Positions 51,527-63,300 of a DNA stretch of 64,000 nt are shown here, in pieces; position 1 is the first letter of the stretch; each line of letters begins with the position of its first letter. Origin of the DNA: Anaeramoeba ignava BMAN (lineage: Eukaryota > Protista > Anaeramoebae). The stretch covers positions 806,001 through 870,000 of the forward strand of contig JAPDFW010000136.1 of assembly GCA_028826165.1 (NCBI GenBank), in the 5' to 3' direction. Position numbers and translations under genes: made by a program. The notes beneath the pieces are model-generated. The model ran no database searches. It was not told where the DNA came from and saw only the letters and a program-made list of their open reading frames with translations.

Positions 51527-51802
51527 ATGGGTTTTTGTGGTAGAAATTCAAATGGAAAATTAACTTGTTGTGGTGCAACGTGTACAAATATTTGTAAATT
51601 AAAATTAAAATTAAAATTAAATTTAAAATAAAAATTTAAATTTCTTTTTTAATTTTTTAATTTTTTAATTTTATTTGAATTAACTTTAATTTACATTTTT
51701 ATTTATTTAGGGAGTTTAATTTTGGCTTTCGTAATTTTTTATGCTGTTTTGGGTTTATTCTTTTTTATTTTATTGGAAATTTTCTTAGCGATGAAATTTT
51801 AA
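51527..51802 (+). CDS. Spliced 52-aa single-pass membrane microprotein; exons 51527-51593 and 51711-51802
   Basis: ATG after TCATTTTT motifs. The GTAAAT...TTTAG intron joins in frame to give MGFCGRNSNGKLTCCGATCTNIWSLILAFVIFYAVLGLFFFILLEIFLAMKF*. An AATAAA lies downstream. Confidence 0.6.
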
Positions 51803-52164
51803 ATTCAAATTTTAAATTCAAAAAAAAAAAAAAGAAAAATTGAAAAGAAGAAAATAAGAATATCAATGAATAAAATCTAAAAAAAAACGAGAACACAACA
51901 ATTTATTTTTTTTTTACTATCTTATCTTTTTAATAAAGAATTTAAATTCAATTTAAAAAAATTAAAAAAAAAAATCTTTTATTTTTATTTTTATTTTTAT
52001 TTTTTAAAAGATGAATAAAAGAAATTCAATCAATTCATTTTTTTTGTAATGATTCAATTGTTAATTTTCCTTTTTTTTGAATTTTTGGATTATTTGGAAA
52101 AGTTTCCATTCTTTTTTGGATAATTTCAATTCCTTCAAGTTTTTTTAAATTTGAATTTGATTTA

Positions 52165-52245
52165 ATTCAAATTACACAAGAAATTATTGATGAAATCCAA
52201 ATTTATTTGATTTATTAATTAATCAATTTAATAAAGAAAAAGAAA
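52165..52245 (+). pseudogene. Short relic of the RCC1-BTB family 3' end
   Basis: ATTCAAATTACACAAGAAATTATTGATGAAAT + CCAAATTTATTTGATTTATTAATTAA match the 7806-7903 region with an internal deletion. Confidence 0.75.
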
Positions 52246-52287
52246 ATTTCATTTTTTCATTTTTTCATTTTTTCATTTTTTTTTCTT

Positions 52288-52869
52288 ATGGAAACTGATA
52301 AAACAATAAATGGAATTCGAAACAAAAAACTTTTTGAAGTTTTAAAATTTACATTAAAAAAAATAACAAAATCAACAGAAAAAGAGAAATTTATATCACA
52401 ATTTCCAAATTTATCAAAGAAAAATGGAGAATTACTTGAAGATATTTTTTCACAATTCTTAAACATTTTAGAAAATAATACAATTAACGAATTTGAATTA
52501 ATTTATGAAGAAAGAAACCTTCAAGATACGTTAAATCAACTTGAAAAAATGATTGAAGAAAATAAAGAAAAACCAATTAAAAAAAATCAAATCAAACAAG
52601 AAATTTCAAATGAAAAAGTTAAAGAAGTTATTTCTAAAAGAGAGCAATTAGAAGATCAACAAAAAAGTTTGCAGGATGAATTATTATTACTTGAAAAAGA
52701 AAAAGAAAGTCTTGGAAATGAAATTTTTCAATTAAAAAAAGAAGTTGAAGAAATTGAATCAAAAAATGAGAAGAAATCAAATGAAAAAGAGAAAGAAATG
52801 AATGAAACTTTGTTGAATTTGGATAATTTTTTAAATCAACTTATTAAAACAACAAATTTGTTAAAATAA
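52288..52869 (+). CDS. Nnf1/PMF1-like Mis12 complex kinetochore subunit
   Basis: RNKKLFEVLKFTL..KFISQFPNL..LLEDIFSQF..LENNTINEFELIYEERNLQDTLNQLEKMIEE matches the Nnf1 pattern (FP...Q...EF..I..ER.L...LN.L...I.E), followed by a coiled coil; 193 aa. Confidence 0.72.
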   Translation: METDKTINGIRNKKLFEVLKFTLKKITKSTEKEKFISQFPNLSKKNGELLEDIFSQFLNILENNTINEFELIYEERNLQDTLNQLEKMIEENKEKPIKKNQIKQEISNEKVKEVISKREQLEDQQKSLQDELLLLEKEKESLGNEIFQLKKEVEEIESKNEKKSNEKEKEMNETLLNLDNFLNQLIKTTNLLK

Positions 52870-52927
52870 AAAAAAAATAAATAAAAGCAAATTTTTTTCA
52901 TTTTGAAATTTTTTTCATTTTTTTAAA

Positions 52928-53958
52928 ATGTCTCAATTTATTAATATTTATCTTCAATTAGAAAATGAATCTCGTTTTTATTCTATTCCTAAAAATATTA
53001 CTTTTCAATTATTTCTTGATTTTATTTATCAAGATACAGGTTTAAAAATTTCATCAATTAATTATTTTGATGATGAATCTGATTGGATTTTTTTAAATAG
53101 TACTTTAGAATTACAAGAAGCTTTTCAATCTTTTTCAGATGATCGTTTAATTATAAGTACATTTTATTTAGTCATTTTAGAATTTAAATCAAAATTCATT
53201 TATGAAATTAAAATTCATTTATAAAAATTTAAAATTAAAATTATAATCAAAATTAAAATCAAAATTAAAATTAAAATTAAAATTAAAATCAAAATTAAAA
53301 TTAAAATTAAAATTTAAATCAAAATCAAAATTAAAATCAAAATTAAAATCAAAATTAAAATTCATTTATAAAATCAAAATTAAAATCAAAATCATAATCA
53401 AAATTAAAATTAAAATTAAAATTAAAATTAAAATTAAAATTAAAATTAAAATTAAAATTAAAATTAAAATTAAAATTAAAATTAAAATTAAAATTAAAAA
53501 TATTTGAAAAAGAAATTCCAAATCAAAATGAAAATGAAAATGAAAATGAAAATGAAAATGAAAATCAAATTCAAAATCAAAATCAAAATCAAAATCAAAA
53601 TCAAATTCAAAACAGTGGAACAAAAATAAACGAAAAAATGTCAGCAATAATTAAAGCAAAGGATGAAAATAACAAAATAGAATTAAAAGCGAATGAAAAT
53701 GGAGAATTTTCATGGATAATTGAAAATAATGGAGCAAGAAAATGGGAAGGAAATCCAATTTTTGTATTTGTTGGTGGAGATAATTTTTTTGATTCAGTTG
53801 AATTTCATATCAAACAATTAAATCCTAAAGAATCTATCATTGTTTCTCTTAAAATTACTGCTCCAAGTCAAAAAGGAAGATTTCTTACTTTTTGGAAATT
53901 AAAAATTAATGATGAAAATATAGGAAATAAAACTTGGATTGATTTGCAAGTTATTTAA
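52928..53958 (+). CDS. PB1 + FW (NBR1 Ig-like) domain protein; exons 52928-53156 and 53513-53958
   Basis: PB1 OPCA motif INYFDDESDWIFLNSTLELQEAF. FW domain WIIENNGARKW..FVGGD..LNPKESIIVSLKITAPSQKGRFLTFWKL..GNKTWIDLQV. The phase-1 splice is in frame. Confidence 0.8.
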
Positions 53959-54019
53959 ATTATTTTTAGAAAAAATATATTTTTCTATGGAATTTGATAT
54001 TTTCAGAAATTAAACCAAT

Positions 54020-56480
54020 ATTAAAATTATTTAAATCAAATATTTAAATCAAATATTTAAATCAAATATTTAAATCAATATTTAAATCAAATATTTAAAT
54101 CAATATTTAAATCAAATATTTAAATCAATATTTAAATCAAATATTTAAATCAATATTTAAATCAATATTTAAATCAAATATTTAAATCAATATTTAAATC
54201 AATATTTAAATCAATATTTAAATCAATATTTAAAATCAATATTTAAATTAATATTTTAAATCAATATTTAAATCAATATTTAAATTAATAATTAAATCAA
54301 TATTTAAATCAAAATATTTAAATCAAATATTTAAATCAATATTTAAATCTAATATTTAAATTAATATTTAAATCAATATTTAAAATCAATATTTAAATCA
54401 AATATTTAAATCAATATTTAAATCAATATTTAAATCAATATTTAAATCAATATTTAAATCAATATTTAAATCAAATATTTTAAATCAAATATTTAAATCA
54501 ATATTTAAATCTAATATTTAAATTAATATTTAAATCTAATATTTAAATCAATATTTTAAATCTAATATTTAAAATCAATATTTTAAATCTAATATTTAAA
54601 TTAATATTTAAATCAAATATTTAATTTAATATTTAAATTAATATTTAAATCAAATATTTAAATCTATATTTAAATTAATATTTAAATCAAATAATTAAAT
54701 TAATATTTTAAATCAATATTTAAATTAATATTTAAATTAATATTTAAATTAATATTTAAATTAATATTTAAATCAATATATAAAATCAATATTTAAATCA
54801 ATATATAAATCAATATTTAAAATCAATATTTAAATCAATATTTAAATCTATATTTAAATTAATATTTAAATCAATATTTAAATTAATATTTAAATCAATA
54901 TTTAAATCAATATTTAAATTAATATTTAAATTAATATATTTAAATCAATATTTAAATCAATATTTTAAATTAATATTTAAATTAATATTTAAATCAAATA
55001 TTTTAAATCAATATTTAAATCAATATTTAAATCAATATTTAAATCTAATATTTAAATTAATATTTAAATCAATATTTAAATTAATATTTAAATTAATATT
55101 TAAATCAATATTTAAATCTATATTTAAATCAAATATTTAAATCAATATTTAAATCAAAATATTTAAATCAAATATTTAAATCAATATTTAAATCAAATAT
55201 TTAAATCAATATTTAAATTAATATTTAAATCAAATATTTAAATCAATATTTAAATCAATATTTAAATCAATTTAGAAATTAATATTTAAATCAATATTTA
55301 AATTAATATTTAGAATATTTAAATCAATATTTAAATTAATATTTAAATCAAATATTTTAAATTAATATTTAAATTAATATTTAAATCAAATATTTAAATC
55401 AAATATTTAAATTAATAATTAAATTAATATTTAAATCTAATATTTAAATCAATATTTAAATCAATATTTAAATCAATATTTAAATCTAATATTTAAATCT
55501 AATATTTAAATTAATATTTAAATTAATATTTAAATTAATATTTAAATCAATATTTAAATCTATATTTAAATCAATAATTAAATCAATATTTAAATCAAGT
55601 ATTTAAATCAAATATTTAAATCAATATTTAAATTAATATTTAAATCAATATTTTAAATCAATATTTAAATCTAATATTTAAATTAATATTTAAATCAAAT
55701 ATTTAATTTAATATTTAAATTAATATTTAAATCAAATATTTAAATCTATATTTAAATTAATATTTAAATCAAATAATTAAATTAATATTTAAATCAATAT
55801 TTAAATTAATATTTAAATTAATATTTAAATTAATATTTAAATTAATATTTAAATCAATATTTAAATCAATATTTAAATCAATATATAAATCAATATTTAA
55901 ATCAATATTTAAATCAATATTTAAAATCTATATTTAAATTAATATTTAAATCAATATTTAAATTAATATTTAAATCAATATTTAAATCAATATTTAAATT
56001 AATATTTAAATTAATATTTTAAATCAAATATTTAAATCAATATTTAAATCAATATTTAAATCAATATTTAAATCTAATATTTAAATTAATATTTAAATCA
56101 ATATTTAAATTAATATTTAAATTAATATTTAAATCAATATTTAAATCTATATTTAAATCAAATATTTAAATCAATATTTAAATCAAATATTTAAATCAAA
56201 TATTTAAATCAATATTTAAATCAAATATTTAAATCAATATTTAAATTAATATTTAAATCAAATATTTAAATCAATATTTAAATCAATATTTAAATTAATT
56301 TAGAAATTAATATTTAAATCAAATATTTAAATCAATATTTAAATCTATATTTAAATTTATTATTTAAATTAATATTTAATTCAATATTTAAATCAAATAT
56401 TTAAATCAAATATTTAAATCAATATTTAAATCAATATTTAAATCAATTTAGAAATTAATATTTAAATCAAATTCCAAATT
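54020..56480. repeat. ~2.4 kb intergenic (TATTTAAATCAA)n array with an internal higher-order duplication
   Basis: 12-13 bp unit. Variant patterns at about 54560-55300 recur at about 55650-56330. Confidence 0.92.
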
Positions 56481-56601
56481 TAAACCCAAATTCCAAATTT
56501 AAAAATTTAAATAAAAATGGAAAAAGAATTTTTTTTATTTTTCATTTTCATTTTTTTTTTCAATCAAAGAAAAAAAGCAAAAAAAAAAAAAATAATTCAA
56601 A

Positions 56602-59476
56602 ATGAATTGGAAACATTTACGAACATTTTGCAAAATTTTTGTAGGAATAGTAACAGGAGAATCTATAACGATGATAGTATTATTAATAGTATATTTAACG
56701 ACGACATCAGAACAGAATTTAGAAGAAGGACATATTAAATTTTACACAACAATTTATATAGCAACAACAATAACGGTTGCAATTTTTGCTTTTTTAATAG
56801 TTATTTATCAAAATATTTTTCAACTCTTCACTTTTGCTATTGCTCATGTTCTTCTTACTAGTTATATGTTATATGATTTCTTAACTAGTACTGCGAAAAT
56901 TCGTTTCGGTTTTTTGTTTCTTATTCTTATTTGTGATGCTCTTTATATTTATACTTTATGGAGAATTTATTTTGAAGTTAAATGGGATTTTTGGCAAAGG
57001 GCTGGAACTAGCTCAAGAATGCAAAGTACTTTCATTTAATAATCCTTCCAGAAATACATTCAAATTTAATAATAATTTTAATAATAAATTTAATAATAAT
57101 TTTAATAATAAATTTAATAATAATTTTAATAATAATTTTAATAATAATTTTAATAATAATTTTAATAATAATTTTAATAATAATTTTAATAATAATTTTA
57201 ATAATAATTTTAATAATAATTTTAATAATAATTTTAATAATAATTTTAATAATAATTTTAATAATAATTTTAATAATAATTTTAATAATAATTTTAATAA
57301 TAATTTTAATAATAATTTTAATAATAATTTTAATAATAATTTTAATAATAAATTTTAATAATAAATTTAATAATAATTTTAATAATAATTTAAATAATAA
57401 ATTTAATAATTTTAATAATAATTTTAATAATAATTTTAATAATAATTTTAATAATAATTTTAATAATAATTTTAATAATAAATTTAATAATAAATTTAAT
57501 AATAAATTTAATAATAATTTTTAATAATAATTTTAATAATAAATTTAATAATAAATTTAATAATAATTTTAAATAATAAATTTAATAATAATAATTTTAA
57601 TAATAATTTTAATAATAATTTTTATAATAAATTTAATAATAATAATTTTAATAATAAATTTAATAATAAATTTAATAAATTTATTTAATAATAATTTTAA
57701 TAATAAATTTAATAATAAATTTTATAATAAATTTAATAATAATTTTAATAATAAATTTAATAATAAATTTAATAATAAATTTAATAAATAATTTAATAAT
57801 AATTTTAATAATAATTTTAATAATAATAATTTTAATAATAATTTTAATAATAAATTTAATAATAAATTTAAATAATAAATTTAATAATAATTTAAATAAT
57901 AAATTTAAATAATAAATTTAATAATAATTTTAATAATAAATTTAATAATAAATTTAATAAATAATTTAATAATAATTTTAATAATAATTTTAATAATAAA
58001 TTTAATAATCAATTTAATAATAATTTTAATAATAATTTTAATAATAAATTTAATAATAAATTTAATAATAATTTTAATAATAAATTTAATAATAAATTTA
58101 ATAATAATTTTAATAATAAATTTAATAATAAATTTAATAATAAATTTAATAATAATTTTAATAATAATTTTAATAATAATTTTAATAATAAATTTTTTAT
58201 AATTTGCTTTGTTTTAGCACTTTATAAATTATGGTCAATTTTCCTCAATATACTTCAAGTAAATTGTATGTTGGATTTTATTCTTGATTTATCAAGTTGT
58301 GCACTTCTTTTTTCATTTCATTCTTTTGGAACTTATCTTGATATATTTGGAATGATTCTTGTATTTATTTGGTTTTGGGTTGGTTACTCAGCTGTATTAA
58401 TTATTCCTTTATTTGAATTCAAAATTAAAATCAAAATTAAAATCAAAAATTAAAATTAAAATCAAAATCAAAATTAAAATCAAAATTAAAATCAAAATCA
58501 AAATCAAAATCAAAATTAAAATTAAAATCAAAATCAAAATCAAAATTAAAATCAAATTTAAAATTAAAATTAAAATTAAAATTAAAATTAAAATTAAAAT
58601 TAAAATCAAAATCAAAATCAAAATCAAAATCAAAATTAAAATAAAAATTAAAAATAAAATTAAAATTAAAATCAAAATCAAAATCAAAATCAAAATTAAA
58701 ATTAAAATTAAAATTAAAATTAAAATTAAAATCAAAATCAAAATTTAAAATTAAAATCAAAATTAAAATTAAAATTAAAATTAAAATTAAAATCAAAATT
58801 AAAATCAAAATTAAAATTAAAATTAAAATTAAAATTAAAATTAAAATTAAAATTAAAATTAAAATTAAAATTTAAAATTAAAATTAAAATTAAAATTAAA
58901 ATCAAAATTAAAATTAAAATCAAAATCAAAATCAAAATCAAAATTAAAATCAAAATCAAAATCAAAATCAAAATTAAAATTAAAATTAAAATTAAAATCA
59001 AAATTAAAATCAAAATTAAAATTAAAATTAAAATTAAAATTAAAATTAAAATTAAAATTAAAATTAAAAATTAAAATTAAAATTAAAATTAAAATTAAAA
59101 TTAAAATTAGTATAAATATGAATATCCAAAAAGAATATATTTTTTCTTTGGTTTATCTGTTCTTCAACCAACTTGGACTATTATTAAATGGGCAGGATTT
59201 GATATAGAAGGAAAAAATAATTCAAAATACAATACGGGACCATATAATACATATCGAGGAATAGCAATAGTTTCATTAATTGCAAGAATTGCTGCTATAG
59301 TTTTTGCTTTAATTGGATTTTTACATTTTGGTGAAGGTTTAAAAGATCGTTTATTAGAAAAATATATGGATGAAAATACTTTTTTAACAGATCCTCAAAT
59401 TGAAAATACTGGAATTCAAAATAGTGATGGTGATGATGATGAAGATGATGATGAAACTTCAACAGAAGATTTTTAA
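56602..59476 (+). CDS. Multi-pass membrane protein, possibly related to the fungal UPF0658 family; exons 56602-57025, 58218-58393, 59111-59476
   Basis: In-frame GT-AG splicing gives about 8 hydrophobic segments. YQNIFQL, YFEVKWDFWQRAG and HFGEGLK resemble the family's N.IQ, EF.W..Y...GAD and NF..GLK patterns (recalled, not searched). Acidic tail. Confidence 0.7.
57026..58217. repeat. Intronic (AATAATAATTTT)n array
   Basis: About 1.2 kb, nearly pure A/T 12-mer. Confidence 0.92.
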
Positions 59477-59489
59477 AATCAACATTTAA

Positions 59490-60050
59490 TTCAAAAACAA
59501 TCCAAAATTTATTTCAAAAACAATCCAAAATTTAATTTAATTTAATATTTAATTTAAGATTTAATTTAATATTTAATTTAAGATTTAATTTATTATTTAA
59601 TTTCAAATTTAAGATTTAATTTAATTTAAGATTTAATTTCAAATTTAATTTAATTTAAGATTTAATTTCAAATTTAATTTAATATTTAATTTAATATTTA
59701 ATTTAAGATTTAATTTAATTTCAAATTTAATTCATTATTTAATTTATTATTTAAAATTTAAAATTTATTTCAAAAACAATCCAAAATTTATTTCAAAAAC
59801 AATCCAAAATTTATTTCAAAAACAATCCAAAATTTATTTCAAAAACAATCCAAAATTTAATTTAAGATTTAATTTAAGATTTAATTTATTATTTAATCCA
59901 AAATTTAATTTAATATTTAATTTAAGATTTAATTTAAGATTTAATTTATTATTTAATTTCATATTTAATTTAATATTTAAAATTTATTTCAAAAACAATC
60001 CAAGATTTAAGATTTAATTTAAGATTTAATTTAAGATTTAATTTAATATT
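59490..60050. repeat. Intergenic repeats between convergent genes: AATTTAAGATTT units and a 23-bp AAAATTTATTTCAAAAACAATCC unit
   Basis: The 23-mer occurs in tandem at 59760-59855 and again near 59505 and 59980. Confidence 0.8.
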
Positions 60051-60358
60051 TAAAATTTCTTTTTTTGGATTTGTTTTTTTTTTTTATTTGTTCTCTTTTT
60101 TCAATTAAAAAGTAAATAAAAAAAATTGAAAAAAAAAAAAAGAATAAAAAAAATTTTTTTCCGATTTTGTTGTTCCTATTTGATTTTGTAAAAAAAAAAT
60201 AAAAAGAAGAGAACTAAAGAATTTTGAATAAATTCTGTTCAGTTGAAAGTAAAAAAAAAGAAATTAAAATAATTTGATTAAATTTTTAAAAAAAATATCT
60301 TTCTTTCTTTCTTTTTTGTTGTTGTTTTTTTTTTTTTGATTTTTTTTAGAAATAATTT

Positions 60359-63300
60359 TTAATCACTATCTTCAGTTTGAAATTCATTATCATTTTGATT
60401 ATCATTTTGATTTTGATTTTGATTTTGATTTTGATTTTCTTCAAGTTCAATTTCATTATCAGAATGAATTTTTGGATTATCGGATCCTAAAGATAATTCA
60501 TTATCATTTTGATTTTGATTTTGATTTTGATTTTGATTTTGATTTTGAATTTTGATTCGATTTTGATCTTGATCTTGATTTTGATTTTGATTATGATTAT
60601 GATTAGTTGTTCGAAGATCCATTTCTGCTTCAAGTAGTGTTAAATCAATTCCTTGTGTTACTTTTTTTTTTATTAAAATAAAATTAAAAATTTAAAATTT
60701 AAAATTTAAATTTAAAATTAAAATTAATTTACATCCTAATTGTTTTTGAATTTGTCTCATTTTTTCTCGATTTGCTCTATTAGCAATATTGAGAAAAACT
60801 TCTTCTAATGTTGTTAAACTGATAGCATAATCTTTAATTTGAAATTGAGATTTTGAATTATCTAAAAAATGAAATAAATCAGGAAGTGAAGAATTTGCAT
60901 TTCGAGGAACTGAAATAGTTAAAGTTGATGTTGATTCTTGAAGAAGACTAAAATTTTGAAATCTATTCAAGATTTCTGTTCTTAAAGGACCAGTTTGATT
61001 TTCTTCTGTGATAATATTGATTAAATATCCTGCTCCAAATTTATTCTTTAAATGTAAAGAAGTTCCTAAACATTGTAATTTTCCAGCAGCAAGAATAGCA
61101 ATTCTATCTGATAAAATATCTGCTTCTTCCATTGCTAAAAAAATCAAGAATATTTTTGAATTGAATTAAATATTTTGAATTGAATTAAATATTTTTATTT
61201 GAATTGAATTAAATATTTTGAATTGAATTAAATATTTTGAATTGAATTAAATATTTTGAATTGAATTAAATATTTTGAATTGAATTAAATATTTTTAAAT
61301 TGAATTAAATATTTTAAATATTTTAAATTGAATTAAATAATTTAAATATTTATTTGAAATATTTTGAATTGAATTAAATATTTTGAATTGAATTAAATAA
61401 TTGAAATATTTTGAATTGAATTTAATATTTTAAATTGAATTAAATAATTTAAATATTTTTAAATTAATTTAAATATTTTGAATTGAATTAAATAATTTAA
61501 ATATTTTGAATTGAATTAAATATTTTGAATTGAATTAAATATTTTGAATTGAATTAAATATTTTTGAATTGAATTAAATAATTTAAATATTTTGAATTGA
61601 ATTAAATAATTTAAATTGAATTTAATATTTTGAATTGAATTAAATATTTTTATTTAAATTAAATATTTTTGAATTGAATTTAATATTTTAAATTGAATTA
61701 AATATTTTGAATTGAATTAAATATTTTGAATTGAATTTAATATTTTGAATTGAATTAAATATTTTAAATATTTTTGAATTGAATTAAATATTTTAAATAT
61801 TTATTTGAAATATTTTTAAATTAATTTTAAACATTTTAAATTATTTTAAATATTTTAAATATTTATTTGAAAATATTTTTATTTGATTTGAAAATATTTT
61901 GATTTTATTACAATGTGTAGTTAAAAGAATAACTCGATCTTTCTTCGCTTTTTGAATAATATTCCAAATTTGTCTTCGAGCAACAGGATCAAGTCCTGTT
62001 GTGCATTCATCAAACAAACATACTTTAGGAGAACCAACTAAAGCAATTGCAAGAGAAAGTCTTCTTTTCATCCCTCCAGAAAAAGAAGAAACAAGACTAT
62101 TCTTTACATCAAGAAGATCAACATCTTTGAGTCTTTGGTCAATTTCTTCTTTGATTTCCTTTTTGGGAACATTTTTCAAATGAGCAAAAAGATCAAGAGT
62201 TTCTTTTGGAGTTAATTCATTCCATAAAATATCATGTTGAGGACAAACACCAAGATCTTTACGAATTTCTCCCAAATGTGACAGGATCGATTTATTCAAA
62301 ATTAAAGCATCTCCATATGTTGGTCTAAATCTCCCAATAAGCATGTTAATTGTTGTTGAGTTGTGAGTCACTGTGAAATCTTCCAAAAGAAATCTTCCAT
62401 TTCCGCTAATTTCAAATCCATAGTAATTTCCAACACAATCTTCTTCAACACTTATTGGTGCTGTCAAAATATCAACTGGTTTCTTTCCGTTTTGCTTATT
62501 TCTTGCAAATTCACTAATTTCGGATCCAAAAACGGAAATTAAATCGAAATTCGCATTTTTTTGATTGATTTGAACACCTAAACCCAATGAACGAATCGAA
62601 AAGAGAATTTTCTTCAGAATATTTTCATCTGATTTTTTTGAATTAATTTCAAATTCAAAGGTTTGATTCCCATTTTCATTTCCAATTGAATCAAAAATTC
62701 CTGATAAAAATGAGAGCCGAATTGCGCGTGAATTTGTTCTTATTAAGTCAAGTGTATCGCCAAATTCTGCGGTGATTGGAAGCACTTGTTGTGTCTCATC
62801 TGAACAAAAACGCGCCAAAAGAAAATCCAAATTGATAAGCTTCTTTCAAAGTGATTTTGTTATTGCAAGGAAATTCAACACCAACTTTGAATCCGTGATA
62901 ACAATCTTTCCATTCTTGAGATTTTGCAAGATAATCTTGAACAGAAATATCAACAACTTCACCTATTTTTGACATTAAAGGGATTTTTCTAGCGATGAAT
63001 TTTTTCAAGGAATTTCTGGCGCAATTTTCATCATTTGCAAAATTTTTGAGATGAAAAAACTTGTTCATTTGGTGGTGATCTTGGATCCAAACGAGAAGGA
63101 AGGCGTTTTTCTTAGGGAGAAAAGAAACGGAGTATTGTTTAATAAGTTTGAGAGAAAGAATATGGTGAGAATTAACGCGATAAAGAGATTTTGAGAAATT
63201 AGGATTTTTGGAAGAAGGGACAATTCGGTACAAAGGGGATCTTCCTTTTGTAAGAGAAAGTACTACGCGAGGCAAGGAATCATCGCCAAGAAGAAGATCA

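Noticed and set aside
10459-53958. Functional gene cluster (kinetochore: Bub1-like and Nnf1-like; actin: NCKAP1 and RhoGEF)
   Set aside because: The genes are far apart and interspersed with unrelated housekeeping genes; no evidence of co-regulation.
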